This document shows positions 1 to 9,978 of a DNA stretch of 64,000 nt, piece by piece (position 1 is the stretch's first letter; each line of letters opens with the position of its first letter). Where the stretch lies: NCBI GenBank assembly GCA_001001485.1, contig LCKO01000003.1:223-64222 (forward strand). Direction: 5' to 3'. The notes beneath the pieces were generated by a model. The model saw only the letters and a list, made by a program, of their open reading frames with translations, did no database searches and was not told where the DNA came from. The DNA comes from Candidatus Collierbacteria bacterium GW2011_GWB2_45_17. Lineage in GTDB: Bacteria > Patescibacteriota > Microgenomatia > UBA1400 > MFAQ01. The translations under genes were made by a program, and so were the position numbers.

Positions 1-1068
1 TTTCATGGCATTTGGATAACTTTCTGGCTTCCATCCATATGTTTTTTGGTAATATTCATGTTCAGGGATACTCATATAATGGACACCCACGCCAATACCC
101 CTCTTCGTCATTTCATCCAGGAAATCATCTCTGCTTATTGAGGTTTTTTCCTTATCAATTAAGATGGTATAGAGATGGTATGCATGTCTCGTATCTTTTT
201 CTATATCCGCAGGTATCCCTAGGGGTAATTCTTTTAAAGCCTGATTGTATCTTTTCCAGATTTTTTCTCGTTTCAGCCAATTTTGAGCGACTCTTTTCAA
301 TTGATGAATCCCTATCGCAGCCTGAAGATCCATCATATTATATTTGTATCCACACTCCACCACCTGATAATGTTTAAAACCCGCATCACCAAATCTCTTC
401 CATGCATCTTTCGACATTCCATGCAAACCCAAAATTTTAATTTTGCTTGCGTCTTCTGCGTTTTTAGCTAACACCATTCCACCTTCTCCCGTAACCACAT
501 TCTTTGTAGAATAAAAACTAAAACATCCAAACCTCCCAAATGTCCCAGCTTTCTTGCTATGATATTCAGTCTCAATTGCGTGAGCGCAATCTTCAATTAT
601 ATGAAGATTGTGTTTTGAAGCTATGGATAGTATTTCGTCCATTTCACAAGCTCGACCGGCAAAGTGTACAGGGATGATTGCTTTTGTCTTTTTTGTGATT
701 TTTTTTCTAATTTCATCAGGATCAATGTTATATGTCTGTGGGTTAATATCTGCCAATATTGGAATTGCTCCTGCATGAATGATTGTATTTACGGTTGCAC
801 AAAAAGTCATAGGGGTAGTAATGACTTCATCCCCCTTACCGATGCCACAGGCCAACAAACTTAAGTGCAAAGCAGCTGTGCAAGAGTTCACCCCCATCGC
901 ATATTCGGCATTTTCGTATTGTCTAAAATCTTCTTCAAATTTAGCCACTCTTGGGCCAGTCCCGAGCCAGCTACTTTTCATTGTCGCAACCACTTCCCTT
1001 ATTTCCTCCTTCTCTATCAGTGGAGATCCAAAGACAATAAACTTCTTTGGCTTAAATATCTTATTCAT
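1..1068 (-). CDS. DegT/DnrJ/EryC1/StrS family PLP-dependent sugar aminotransferase (3' end runs off the window)
   Basis: Not in the ORF track because there is no stop in the window. Manual translation from ATG at 1068: MNKIFKPKKFIVFGSPLIEKEEI..SSWLGTGPRV..NSCTAALHL..GDEVITTPMTF..IIEDCAHA..FSFYSTKNVVTGEGG (PLP lysine motif); open to base 1. Confidence 0.93.
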   Translation of the reverse strand, partial: MNKIFKPKKFIVFGSPLIEKEEIREVVATMKSSWLGTGPRVAKFEEDFRQYENAEYAMGVNSCTAALHLSLLACGIGKGDEVITTPMTFCATVNTIIHAGAIPILADINPQTYNIDPDEIRKKITKKTKAIIPVHFAGRACEMDEILSIASKHNLHIIEDCAHAIETEYHSKKAGTFGRFGCFSFYSTKNVVTGEGGMVLAKNAEDASKIKILGLHGMSKDAWKRFGDAGFKHYQVVECGYKYNMMDLQAAIGIHQLKRVAQNWLKREKIWKRYNQALKELPLGIPADIEKDTRHAYHLYTILIDKEKTSISRDDFLDEMTKRGIGVGVHYMSIPEHEYYQKTYGWKPESYPNAMK

Positions 1069-1131
1069 AAAAATAAAAATTTAATATAATCAGTAGCATA
1101 TCACAGAAGTCGGGTAGTACAATAACTACTT

Positions 1132-2184
1132 ATGACTAAGACTAAACATCCTAAGATCAAGACTCTTCCGTTAGTGTCGTTTGTTACCCCAACTTTCAAC
1201 AGTTCCCGATATATTGGGGACAATCTCAAATCAATCCTCATGCAAGACTACCCAAAGGAAAAAATCGAAATTCTGTGGGCAGATGGAGGATCTACTGATA
1301 ATACGGCCGAGTTAGCAAAAAAATATAAGGTCCGTTTTATTAAGAATAAATATATTTTAGGAGATCCTGGTTTTGCTGTTGGAGGTGAGACCGCCAAAGG
1401 CGAGTTTGTCGTCTTTATGGGGCACGATAATCAACTAGTTCAAAAAGACTGGATAAGAAGGATGTTAAAACCATTCATGAATGATCCGGAAATTGCCGCA
1501 GCCTATCCCCATCTCGACAATAAAGATACTGATAGCTGGATGACCCAATATGTTAACCGCTTTACCGATCCCGGAAATCATTTTGTCTATGGTTATGCCA
1601 ACAATCCTCTAACTTTTGGGAAGGTGTACAAAACTCTCAAAAAGGGTAAGGGGTGGGTGGTCTACGACTTCCAGCTTAAAAACCACCCCATCCTTGAATT
1701 CGAGCAAGGCTTTATGCTTAGAAAAAGCGCTTATAAACGTGCCAAGAGCACTTATTATTGTGGCATTATGGCGGTCATTGATATGATTAGACTGAAAAAA
1801 CAATTTGCTTATGTCCCCGGGGCCAGTAATTACCACGAAACTTTGGACGGAGGACTCAAACAATTCATCAGTAAACACCGCTGGGCGATCGATTATCAGC
1901 TGGATAGAAGAGAAACCTTCGGTATGTACAAAGACAAATTTGGTCTTAAAGGAAGGAAACAATATATTTCTTTAGCAAGAAAGATCCGGATGTATTTCTA
2001 TCCTTTTTATGGAGTCAGTATTGTCCTTCCTGTATTGCGTGCACTGTTTATGTATATTAAAGACGGTGATAAAGAATGGATGTACCATCCGTTAATTACA
2101 TTTGTTTCCGCCTTCACTATTTGGCAAGAAGCCTTTCGTATCATTATCCTTAGACGTAGCCCAATAATGGAAAGGTATGCCTAA
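1132..2184 (+). CDS. Glycosyltransferase family 2
   Basis: VSFVTPTFNS..ADGGSTDNT GT-A N-terminus; hydrophobic C-terminal helices. Confidence 0.88.
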   Translation: MTKTKHPKIKTLPLVSFVTPTFNSSRYIGDNLKSILMQDYPKEKIEILWADGGSTDNTAELAKKYKVRFIKNKYILGDPGFAVGGETAKGEFVVFMGHDNQLVQKDWIRRMLKPFMNDPEIAAAYPHLDNKDTDSWMTQYVNRFTDPGNHFVYGYANNPLTFGKVYKTLKKGKGWVVYDFQLKNHPILEFEQGFMLRKSAYKRAKSTYYCGIMAVIDMIRLKKQFAYVPGASNYHETLDGGLKQFISKHRWAIDYQLDRRETFGMYKDKFGLKGRKQYISLARKIRMYFYPFYGVSIVLPVLRALFMYIKDGDKEWMYHPLITFVSAFTIWQEAFRIIILRRSPIMERYA

Positions 2185-2969
2185 TGTTCAATAAAATCCT
2201 TTTAGCTGTAAGATCAATTAGAAATATTCATCGATTGCTGATAGATTATTTAGGTCTGGTTAAAGGAGATGTGGTCTATCGACTCTGGAATGGTAACTCC
2301 TTTGCTGCGAGAGCAGGAACTACAGATGTATCGGAAATAATCATAAATAACGCTGATTCGGAGTACCCCAGCAACTTTTTTCCGGCTAACTATAGACCGG
2401 TAATTTTTGATGTTGGCGCAAATATTGGTGAAACTGCCCTTTTTATTTACCGGAAGTTAAGGCTCAACAAACCGTCAATCTATGCTTTTGAACCAAACTC
2501 AAAAAACTATACATACTTATTGAAGAATATAAAAATAAATCACTCGGGGTGGAGTATAAAACCCTTCAAGCTAGCTTTGGCGGGAGAATCCGGATCAGCT
2601 AGACTAAATTTTAACAGCTACCACTATGATGGAGGTTTCATTGAGGATATCAAAAACAAAAGAACAACTTCAAATTCGGAAAAAGTAAAGACTGTTTCAC
2701 TGATGGAATTTTGTAAGAAAAACAAAATCGAGTCTATCGACCTTCTAAAGATGGATATCGAAGGTAGTGAATATGGGGTTTTCAGCTCAACCATTGGCTT
2801 CATTAAAAAACATGTAAAATCAATTTTTGTGGAGCTACACAATCTAGACAAAGTCAATAATTACAGCAACTTCAAAAAACAAATCGTCAAACAAGGTTTC
2901 GTCATAAAGGCCGAAATCATGAACAGAACCATTTTCCTTAGCAATACTTTTTATAATGAAAAAATATAG
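2184..2969 (+). CDS. FkbM family methyltransferase
   Basis: FDVGANIG, YAFEPN and IDLLKMDIEGSE motifs. Confidence 0.92.
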   Translation: MFNKILLAVRSIRNIHRLLIDYLGLVKGDVVYRLWNGNSFAARAGTTDVSEIIINNADSEYPSNFFPANYRPVIFDVGANIGETALFIYRKLRLNKPSIYAFEPNSKNYTYLLKNIKINHSGWSIKPFKLALAGESGSARLNFNSYHYDGGFIEDIKNKRTTSNSEKVKTVSLMEFCKKNKIESIDLLKMDIEGSEYGVFSSTIGFIKKHVKSIFVELHNLDKVNNYSNFKKQIVKQGFVIKAEIMNRTIFLSNTFYNEKI

Positions 2970-3633
2970 TAATTCCATTTCCGAAAGGCTTACCGGTCGA
3001 CATAAATTCAGTTTTGTCTGGTGTGGTGACATCAAAGGTTTGTCCATACTGGATGTCGGTAGCTCCTTCGGCTGGTTTGAAAAGTTCGCTGTTGAAGCCG
3101 GGGCTAAAAAGGTGGTCGGTATTGAACCGGAAGGTGAATCTTTCTACAAAGCACAAAAGGAAGTGCCCAAAGCAGTTTTCAAAAGAGGCACAGCTTTAAA
3201 AATTCCGGAAAAAGATTCTTCTTACGATCTCGTGGTAATGTTCGATGTTATCGAGCATATTCCTGTGGGTACGGAAGATCAGGCTTTAAAAGAAATTTAC
3301 CGCGTCCTTAAAAAGGGTGGTTCGTTCATCATGTCCACCGATTATGATTTATGGATCTCCAAAATTATGGATCCTGCCTGGTATTTCGGTCACAGGCATT
3401 ACAGTCAACAAAGATTGGAAAAATTATTTCGTAAAGCTGGATTTCGGGTCGAGCAAGTTGAGCGTAGAGGCGGCTTTTTTGAAATAATCGGAACCATCCT
3501 ACTATATATTTTTAAATGGATCTTTAGATCAGAGGTGCCCTTTAAAAGCTTTATTAACCGGCAAAAGGATAGTGAATATTTAGACAAAAATGATGGCCTT
3601 GTTACTATTTTCGTAAGGTCCTCCAAACAATAA
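2956..3633 (+). CDS. Class I SAM-dependent methyltransferase
   Basis: ILDVGSSFG, YDLVVMFDVIEHI, RVLKKGG. Confidence 0.9.
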   Translation: MKKYSNSISERLTGRHKFSFVWCGDIKGLSILDVGSSFGWFEKFAVEAGAKKVVGIEPEGESFYKAQKEVPKAVFKRGTALKIPEKDSSYDLVVMFDVIEHIPVGTEDQALKEIYRVLKKGGSFIMSTDYDLWISKIMDPAWYFGHRHYSQQRLEKLFRKAGFRVEQVERRGGFFEIIGTILLYIFKWIFRSEVPFKSFINRQKDSEYLDKNDGLVTIFVRSSKQ

Positions 3634-3637
3634 ATTC

Positions 3638-4540
3638 ATGTACAAAACAATTATCCCCGGGCTAGTGTCGGTAGATACAGAACTCAGGAGCCTGAATGGA
3701 TTTGTGATGTGTCAGAATTTTGATTTTTTTCCAAAAACCAAAAATAAGCTTAAATTTCATTACACTCTAAAAGTGGAGAATGATATAAGTATCCCTGAAG
3801 AATATGATCTTAGGAGTGAATATTATGTTAAAAAGGGGGAGGCTTGGTATTTTTCAAGAAATATTTTCTTCTGGCATCCTTCATTTAAATTCGATCAGTC
3901 AACAAAAACTTTGTCATTTAATCGCGACTACTTACTAATGCCAATCAGCCTTGGGGGAATATTTACCGTGGGAGAACATTTATCCAATCTCATAGATCTA
4001 GATTTATTCTTAAACGAATATGTAGTCATGAGAGGCGTCGCTTTTAAAAAAGACAATAGTGTAATTGGGATCTGTGCACCAGGTTTCAACGGAAAAACAA
4101 CTCTCTTAAAAAAGATGTTAGCGGGTGGTGCGTTGTACTTAGCCGAGGATTATCTTATTCTAGATACGAAAAAATCTATAATTTATCCAACCTGTCCACT
4201 TGCGAAAGAAAATTTTTGGAGAAGAAGAAAAATCTCAGGTAATATTTTCCACCTAATATCTAAAAAATCACAAGCCTATCATCCCTTAAAGCTAGACAAA
4301 TTAATTTTACTTGAGAATACTCTAAATCAACAAACAACCAAGACAAATAGAACTGTGGAAGATTTTCTAATACTAAACTCACTTTATTTTTTGAATAATT
4401 TGTTTATAAAATCGATAATATTTGACCGTAGTTTAACTATAAAATTACTGGATACAATTAATCTAACGGCTTCCCTTCTCAACAGGGCTAGCAAAAGGGT
4501 TACTTATAACTTTGACGATACCTTTATAACTAGTTTATGA
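3638..4540 (+). CDS. HPr kinase-like P-loop protein (putative kinase)
   Basis: Walker A-like CAPGFNGKTT followed by YLAEDYLILD, the order seen in HPrK/PCK-like folds; rest unrecognised. Confidence 0.5.
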   Translation: MYKTIIPGLVSVDTELRSLNGFVMCQNFDFFPKTKNKLKFHYTLKVENDISIPEEYDLRSEYYVKKGEAWYFSRNIFFWHPSFKFDQSTKTLSFNRDYLLMPISLGGIFTVGEHLSNLIDLDLFLNEYVVMRGVAFKKDNSVIGICAPGFNGKTTLLKKMLAGGALYLAEDYLILDTKKSIIYPTCPLAKENFWRRRKISGNIFHLISKKSQAYHPLKLDKLILLENTLNQQTTKTNRTVEDFLILNSLYFLNNLFIKSIIFDRSLTIKLLDTINLTASLLNRASKRVTYNFDDTFITSL

Positions 4541-5277
4541 AATCATATAGTACCGAATCCAATATAAAATATTGGGACCAGTGGAATATTAAGTATTCTG
4601 ATGTTTGGAAAACAACCGCTCGGCAAATAATGTCCAAAAAGGAAACCGGACTTATTTCAAAGGAGTTAAGGAAACTTAAGGCCACGAACATTCTAGATAT
4701 TGGAATCGGGAATGGACGCATTCTTGAGATTTTAAACAACAAATCCGTTCCGAAAGCAAAAATTTATGGTATTGATATTTCCGGAGAAATGGTCAAGATT
4801 TGTCAAAACAAATTCACGAATCAATTTAAAATTGTCCAACTAAAGACTTGCGATTTATCGGTACAAGGCCTGCCTTTTAAAGTTAAATTTGATCTGGTTA
4901 CCTCTATAAGAGTTTTAAAATACAACGCTAATTGGAAAAAAATGATTAAAAGAGTTTTTGATAGTCTAAATCCGGGAGGAGTCTTTATCTTTACTATGCC
5001 AAATAAACTCTCGGTTTCCGGCTTAAGCGGAGATACGTTTTCGGATAATAATTCTCCGATAATCTATTCCAATATTCTGGAGCTTAAAAAAGTAACTTCG
5101 GATACCGGCTTTTCCGGTTTTGAGGTACTCGCTTTTAGCAAACTTCCCAACTTCTTATACCACATGAGCAACAATCGTTTTTTTGTAAAGCTCCTTCTAT
5201 CGACAGAAACAGTATTGGAAAAAATACTGGGACAATCACTCTTTGGGAGAGAACTCTTCGTAATCTGCGCCCGCTAA
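4537..5277 (+). CDS. Class I SAM-dependent methyltransferase
   Basis: ILDIGIGNG, YGIDIS, LNPGGVFIF. Confidence 0.9.
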   Translation: MKSYSTESNIKYWDQWNIKYSDVWKTTARQIMSKKETGLISKELRKLKATNILDIGIGNGRILEILNNKSVPKAKIYGIDISGEMVKICQNKFTNQFKIVQLKTCDLSVQGLPFKVKFDLVTSIRVLKYNANWKKMIKRVFDSLNPGGVFIFTMPNKLSVSGLSGDTFSDNNSPIIYSNILELKKVTSDTGFSGFEVLAFSKLPNFLYHMSNNRFFVKLLLSTETVLEKILGQSLFGRELFVICAR

Positions 5278-5278
5278 T

Positions 5279-6487
5279 ATGAATCCTCGAAAAATTTTGT
5301 ATATAAACTTGGGTGACAATGTTCCCTATACTTATGACAAAATTGCCGGACGAGTGTTGTACTGGGCATCGAAAAACAACAAAATCACCTTGTTGGTTCC
5401 CGAACTTAGTGCTAGTAATATTTTCAAAGAAATCTTTGAAAAAGCACCTAATAACATTCGTCTTCTAAAATCACCTTATAGCAATAAAGTCGCTATATCA
5501 ACACTGTCGATTGTCTTTAGTTATCTGTTACGAATAATTTTTGCTCCATTCATCTTATTTGATCGCAAATCTGATTTCGATATTGCAATTTCAAACTCAG
5601 CATTTTTTGTAGATATTTTCCCTGTGTTAATTCTGAAACTTTTTTACAGATGTAAACATTGGGTGTTAATCATGGATAGTGTAGTGCCTTCACCGGAAAT
5701 GAGAAGCGGCAATAAACTCATTAATGTCCTCACCTACTATGAATCACTCATCGTTGGCAAGATTGCCAATCGTTTCTCCGATAAGATCCTCACGGTCAAC
5801 GCCGAACTGAAGAAAGAGCTGATTAGTCGAGGAATAGATTCAAAAAAAATAGCCTCTACAAAAAACGGCTTATTTATAAATAATATCGCCAGTGCCAAAC
5901 AAAATCAAAAATTCAAATCAGACGCTGTATATCAGGGGAGAATTAGCCCCAACAAGGGCGTAGATGATCTATTGTATGTTTGGAAAGAAGTAGTGAGGCA
6001 AAAACCCAAGTCCAGACTTGTTATTATGGGTACAGGTCTCAAACAGCATACAAGTCACCTAGAACAATTACTTCGGAAGCTAAATATTGAAAATAGTGTA
6101 CGGTACTTGGGTTTCACTCCAAATCCAACCAAGTACGAAATCATGAAAAGTAGTAAGCTATTCCTTTATCTCTCTAAGGTTAATGCCGATGAAAGCTGGG
6201 GAATCAGTCTAATGGAAGCTTTGAGCTGTGGCTTGCCGGCAATTAGTTATGATTTGCCGATATATGAAAATATTTATCACACCGAGAGCCTGATCAGAGT
6301 GTCTAATGGGGATATCGGTCTTGTTGCAAAAAAAATCATCGGATTGTTGGACAACCCTAAACTAAGAAATGACTTAAGTTCAAAATCTCAAACATTTTCC
6401 TCCCAATTTGACTGGGATAATATTGCCAAGAAGGATTTGCGATTACTAAATGCTATTATGAAGGATGAAAATAACCACCAAAATTAA
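5279..6487 (+). CDS. Glycosyltransferase family 4
   Basis: YQGRISPNKG and ESWGISLMEALSCGLP (EX7E) GT-B motifs. Confidence 0.9.
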   Translation: MNPRKILYINLGDNVPYTYDKIAGRVLYWASKNNKITLLVPELSASNIFKEIFEKAPNNIRLLKSPYSNKVAISTLSIVFSYLLRIIFAPFILFDRKSDFDIAISNSAFFVDIFPVLILKLFYRCKHWVLIMDSVVPSPEMRSGNKLINVLTYYESLIVGKIANRFSDKILTVNAELKKELISRGIDSKKIASTKNGLFINNIASAKQNQKFKSDAVYQGRISPNKGVDDLLYVWKEVVRQKPKSRLVIMGTGLKQHTSHLEQLLRKLNIENSVRYLGFTPNPTKYEIMKSSKLFLYLSKVNADESWGISLMEALSCGLPAISYDLPIYENIYHTESLIRVSNGDIGLVAKKIIGLLDNPKLRNDLSSKSQTFSSQFDWDNIAKKDLRLLNAIMKDENNHQN

Positions 6488-7301
6488 CAGCATCGAGTTA
6501 AGAAGAAGTTTTGTTTGTCCTTACGATCACCACAAATTACTATTTCTGTCAAAAAACAGTGAAGGAAAGAAATATGTGTGTACTTTGTGCAAAAGAGAAT
6601 ATCCTCTGGTAAACAAAGCCCCAAATTTTTTGCCGGATGGGTTACGAGAATGGACAACGAACCAATACCGGTCAAATAAAACTCTAAGTAAGAAATCAGA
6701 ATCTATGATCGGAAAATGGAAACCTGGTTTTAGAGGATGGTCTCCCAACTGCTGGATTAAAATCCTCAGTTTCGGGGTTGGAGAAGGAAGGATTACTCCT
6801 ATCCCCAAAGGATCTTTGTTGGATGTTGGTTGTGGGGATGTAGCCAAAGGTGATGTAAATACCGATGTGTATTTCCCATCACCACTCCCGGAAAATTTTG
6901 TTTTAGCAACAGCCGAGCAACTACCCTTCAAAGACAATTCGTTTGACATGGTCCGCAGTGCATATGTTATAGAACATAACCTATATCCGGTAGAAATGAT
7001 TAAGGAACACTTCCGTGTTTGCAAAAAACAGGTCGAGATTTATACTGATAATTCAGACTGGTTGGGTGTTTATATTTATAGATTATTAAATATTGGTTCT
7101 ATCTTTCACGACGAGCATTACTTCAAGTGGTCAGTTGAATATTTTAGGAATATCTTAAACCGACTAAACTACAAAGGTAAGGTAGAAGTCTTTAACACAA
7201 GTCCATCTATTTTAGTTAAAATGATGTCATGGTTTGGGAAATTGCCCCGGATCGGGATAGTTTTTTACAGAGATTTATATGCAGAAATATACAAAAAGTA
7301 G
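6465..7301 (+). CDS. Methyltransferase with N-terminal Trm112-like zinc-ribbon domain
   Basis: N-terminal CPYD..CTLCKREYPL..PNFLP; LLDVGCG; LPFKDNSFD..VIEH. Confidence 0.75.
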   Translation: MKITTKINSIELRRSFVCPYDHHKLLFLSKNSEGKKYVCTLCKREYPLVNKAPNFLPDGLREWTTNQYRSNKTLSKKSESMIGKWKPGFRGWSPNCWIKILSFGVGEGRITPIPKGSLLDVGCGDVAKGDVNTDVYFPSPLPENFVLATAEQLPFKDNSFDMVRSAYVIEHNLYPVEMIKEHFRVCKKQVEIYTDNSDWLGVYIYRLLNIGSIFHDEHYFKWSVEYFRNILNRLNYKGKVEVFNTSPSILVKMMSWFGKLPRIGIVFYRDLYAEIYKK

Positions 7302-9978
7302 AGAAGTACTATTGGTTTTTCTTTTCTTCTTTATACTAACTACCGTCTTTTTTAGAACGATTATTTTCTCTAAAGGAATCATAGTCGGCCATGATTGGAT
7401 GCTTCCTTACAATAGTCCGCAAATGGAGCGATACATAGAGCACCTCTTCTATACATGGACATACGATATGAACCTCTTTGGAGTCAAAAATCCATTCTTC
7501 GTTCAAATGCCCTTTATACTATTAACAAAGATATTTTTAGTGCTTGGCTTGAACGGTGAACTACTATCCAAGACCCTACTCATTTTAGTTTTTACACTTT
7601 CTGGGCTATCAATGTTTCTTCTACTAAGATATCTAAGGCTAAACAAAACAAGTTCAGTTTTAGGTGGTTTTATCCTAATTACCATGCCAGTTTTTTTTGA
7701 TTACACTGTTATGGGATGGTTATTTGTTCTTTTCTCCATAGGCGTCATCTTGCCAATTTGTCTTATTTGCTTTATCAAGTCTATTGAAGAAAACAACACA
7801 TTCTACTCCATGTTAGCCGGCCTCTTGTTTTCGATTGCAATTCTACAGAGTCAGTCTTTGGTGTGGTATCCAATGGTTTTTCTTGCTCTGTCGATTTCTC
7901 TTATAAAAGACAGAACTACATTTGTTAGATATTTTAAATCATCTGTCATTGTTATGGTTATAGCTTTATCTCTACATGCAAGTTGGATACCAAATCTCTT
8001 TATATATAGAGACTCTGGTGTTATTAACTCTGACTTAGCATTAGATTCAGTTAGTCTTGGAATGAGATCTCGTCTAAGTTATGTAAACATACTTAGGGGG
8101 TGGGGGGGATTATTTAACTACCACTATGAAATTAGTTACCCCAAAGCTCTGATGTCTATTTCGTTTTTGATTCCTTTTTTGGCTTTTGCTTCCATAATGA
8201 TAAAAATAAAGAATCAAGTGGATATTCGTTTCGGAATGACAATCTTAATTACCTACATGTTTATACTATATTCAATTAGCCCTCAAATGATGTCAAAAAT
8301 TCCGTTCTCTAATATAATTAGAGATACTGGTAGGTTCACCGCACTAACCTCATTTGCTTTTACTGTTTTGGCTAGTTATTTTATAAACTTCATGTTTAGG
8401 ATAGAAAACAAAAAATACAAGATCTTGACATGGGGACTCGTCGCCTTGATCATTATTAATGCCACCCCTTTTTTAAATGGTGAATTGTGGGGTGAACCTC
8501 AAAGAGGATATGATGTTAGACTAAGAAATTATGTTTTTCCGTATGATTACACACTGGCAGAATCCTTTTTATACACCAAAGTTACCGATTCAAAGGTCTA
8601 TTATCCTCCAAGCGGCACCAATATTGGCATCATAGATAAAACACCTTTCTTTGGTGACTTTCGAGAAATAAAGGACCCTTTCAGGGGGTACTCTCCCTCT
8701 CCTGGGACTATCTATATGTACTACAGCAGTATGGGAAAACCTTCTAAAATAGCCGCCCTGCTTGATGCTATTTTTGATAAAAAAGTTGATACTGCCTCTC
8801 TTAAACTTCTTGGACTAATGAATATCGAAAGTGTCATCTTGAGAGACGATATTTTCTATCCAGAAAACCAGGCACAAAATATTAAGGATCTGACAAAAGT
8901 AGGTTCAGAATTTGATTTTGTAAAATTTGGGTCCGTCAAAATATTTTCGAATAAGAATTTTTTGCCACATTTTTACATTCCAGACGACATCACCTACTCA
9001 CCAGACGACATCAGTACTATACCTCAAATCCTGGATTTAAAGTCTAATTCAGATAGACCAGGAATATTCCTAGGTACGGAAAGAGAAGACGAGGTATTAT
9101 CCAAGACAGCAAATGTTTTTATCGTCAAGGGATCAAGAGTAAAAACACAAACTGATATAAATTCTTCCGGTGAAGACACTAGGACCTACGAGTTTCAAAT
9201 TCCCAAAGATGGAGAATATGAAATAAATACCAGTATCAGATCAACATTCAATCTATCAGGGCTTAAAGCAATAAATATAAAAAAGATTGGGACAAGGGGA
9301 GAAAAAACATTTCAAACAATATCAATAAATAGAGGGACATCTTTAAAATCAGAAAATGACAAGTACATTGAATGGGGGAAAATTAATCTTGGACAAGGGA
9401 AAAACTTAATAGTGTTTCCTTATAGTAAAAAAACAAACCCACAGAGTGAAAAAGATGATAACGATCTAATTTTATTAAAAAATATTTCTCCAACCGATGT
9501 CTACTCCTCAGATATGCCAGAGATTAGTTTTGAGCGAATAAACCCCACTAAGTATAAAGTGAGTATTTCTGAGGCGACTAATCCATTCGTTTTGGTTTTT
9601 TCAGAAAGTTATCACGAGGGTTGGAAAATCTTTTTAGATAACTCTGTAGACAGGACAACAAAAATGGACAGAACCTACTTCAACGGTGAGATAGGTGAAG
9701 GTAATCACAAGACGTCATTCCTAGACCTCAACACTTTTGAAACCTGGGGACAAAAGCCAATTTTAGATGACTCGCATCGAAGCATCAACGGATATGCAAA
9801 CTCCTGGATCATTGACCCAAATAAATTGAATGGAGACAGATTTCAACTAGTCGTCGAATATCTTCCGCAACGAAACTTTATACTTGGGCTAACATTTTCG
9901 GTCATAACATTCATATTATATTTAATATATATTTGTTATTTCGTAGTAAATAAATTTTACAAAACCCATTCTCTGTGA
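7279..9978 (+). CDS. Large multi-pass membrane protein, putative GT-C glycosyltransferase (AftD/YfhO-like) with extracellular C-terminal region
   Basis: First loop GHDW, about 11 N-terminal TM helices, soluble region, C-terminal INPTKYKV..LVFSESYHEGW..NGYANSW and a final TM helix. Confidence 0.6.
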   Translation: MQKYTKSREVLLVFLFFFILTTVFFRTIIFSKGIIVGHDWMLPYNSPQMERYIEHLFYTWTYDMNLFGVKNPFFVQMPFILLTKIFLVLGLNGELLSKTLLILVFTLSGLSMFLLLRYLRLNKTSSVLGGFILITMPVFFDYTVMGWLFVLFSIGVILPICLICFIKSIEENNTFYSMLAGLLFSIAILQSQSLVWYPMVFLALSISLIKDRTTFVRYFKSSVIVMVIALSLHASWIPNLFIYRDSGVINSDLALDSVSLGMRSRLSYVNILRGWGGLFNYHYEISYPKALMSISFLIPFLAFASIMIKIKNQVDIRFGMTILITYMFILYSISPQMMSKIPFSNIIRDTGRFTALTSFAFTVLASYFINFMFRIENKKYKILTWGLVALIIINATPFLNGELWGEPQRGYDVRLRNYVFPYDYTLAESFLYTKVTDSKVYYPPSGTNIGIIDKTPFFGDFREIKDPFRGYSPSPGTIYMYYSSMGKPSKIAALLDAIFDKKVDTASLKLLGLMNIESVILRDDIFYPENQAQNIKDLTKVGSEFDFVKFGSVKIFSNKNFLPHFYIPDDITYSPDDISTIPQILDLKSNSDRPGIFLGTEREDEVLSKTANVFIVKGSRVKTQTDINSSGEDTRTYEFQIPKDGEYEINTSIRSTFNLSGLKAINIKKIGTRGEKTFQTISINRGTSLKSENDKYIEWGKINLGQGKNLIVFPYSKKTNPQSEKDDNDLILLKNISPTDVYSSDMPEISFERINPTKYKVSISEATNPFVLVFSESYHEGWKIFLDNSVDRTTKMDRTYFNGEIGEGNHKTSFLDLNTFETWGQKPILDDSHRSINGYANSWIIDPNKLNGDRFQLVVEYLPQRNFILGLTFSVITFILYLIYICYFVVNKFYKTHSL

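Noticed and set aside
12-1089. Five short + strand ORFs in the track
   Set aside because: They are shadows of the minus-strand DegT aminotransferase, which has clear motifs
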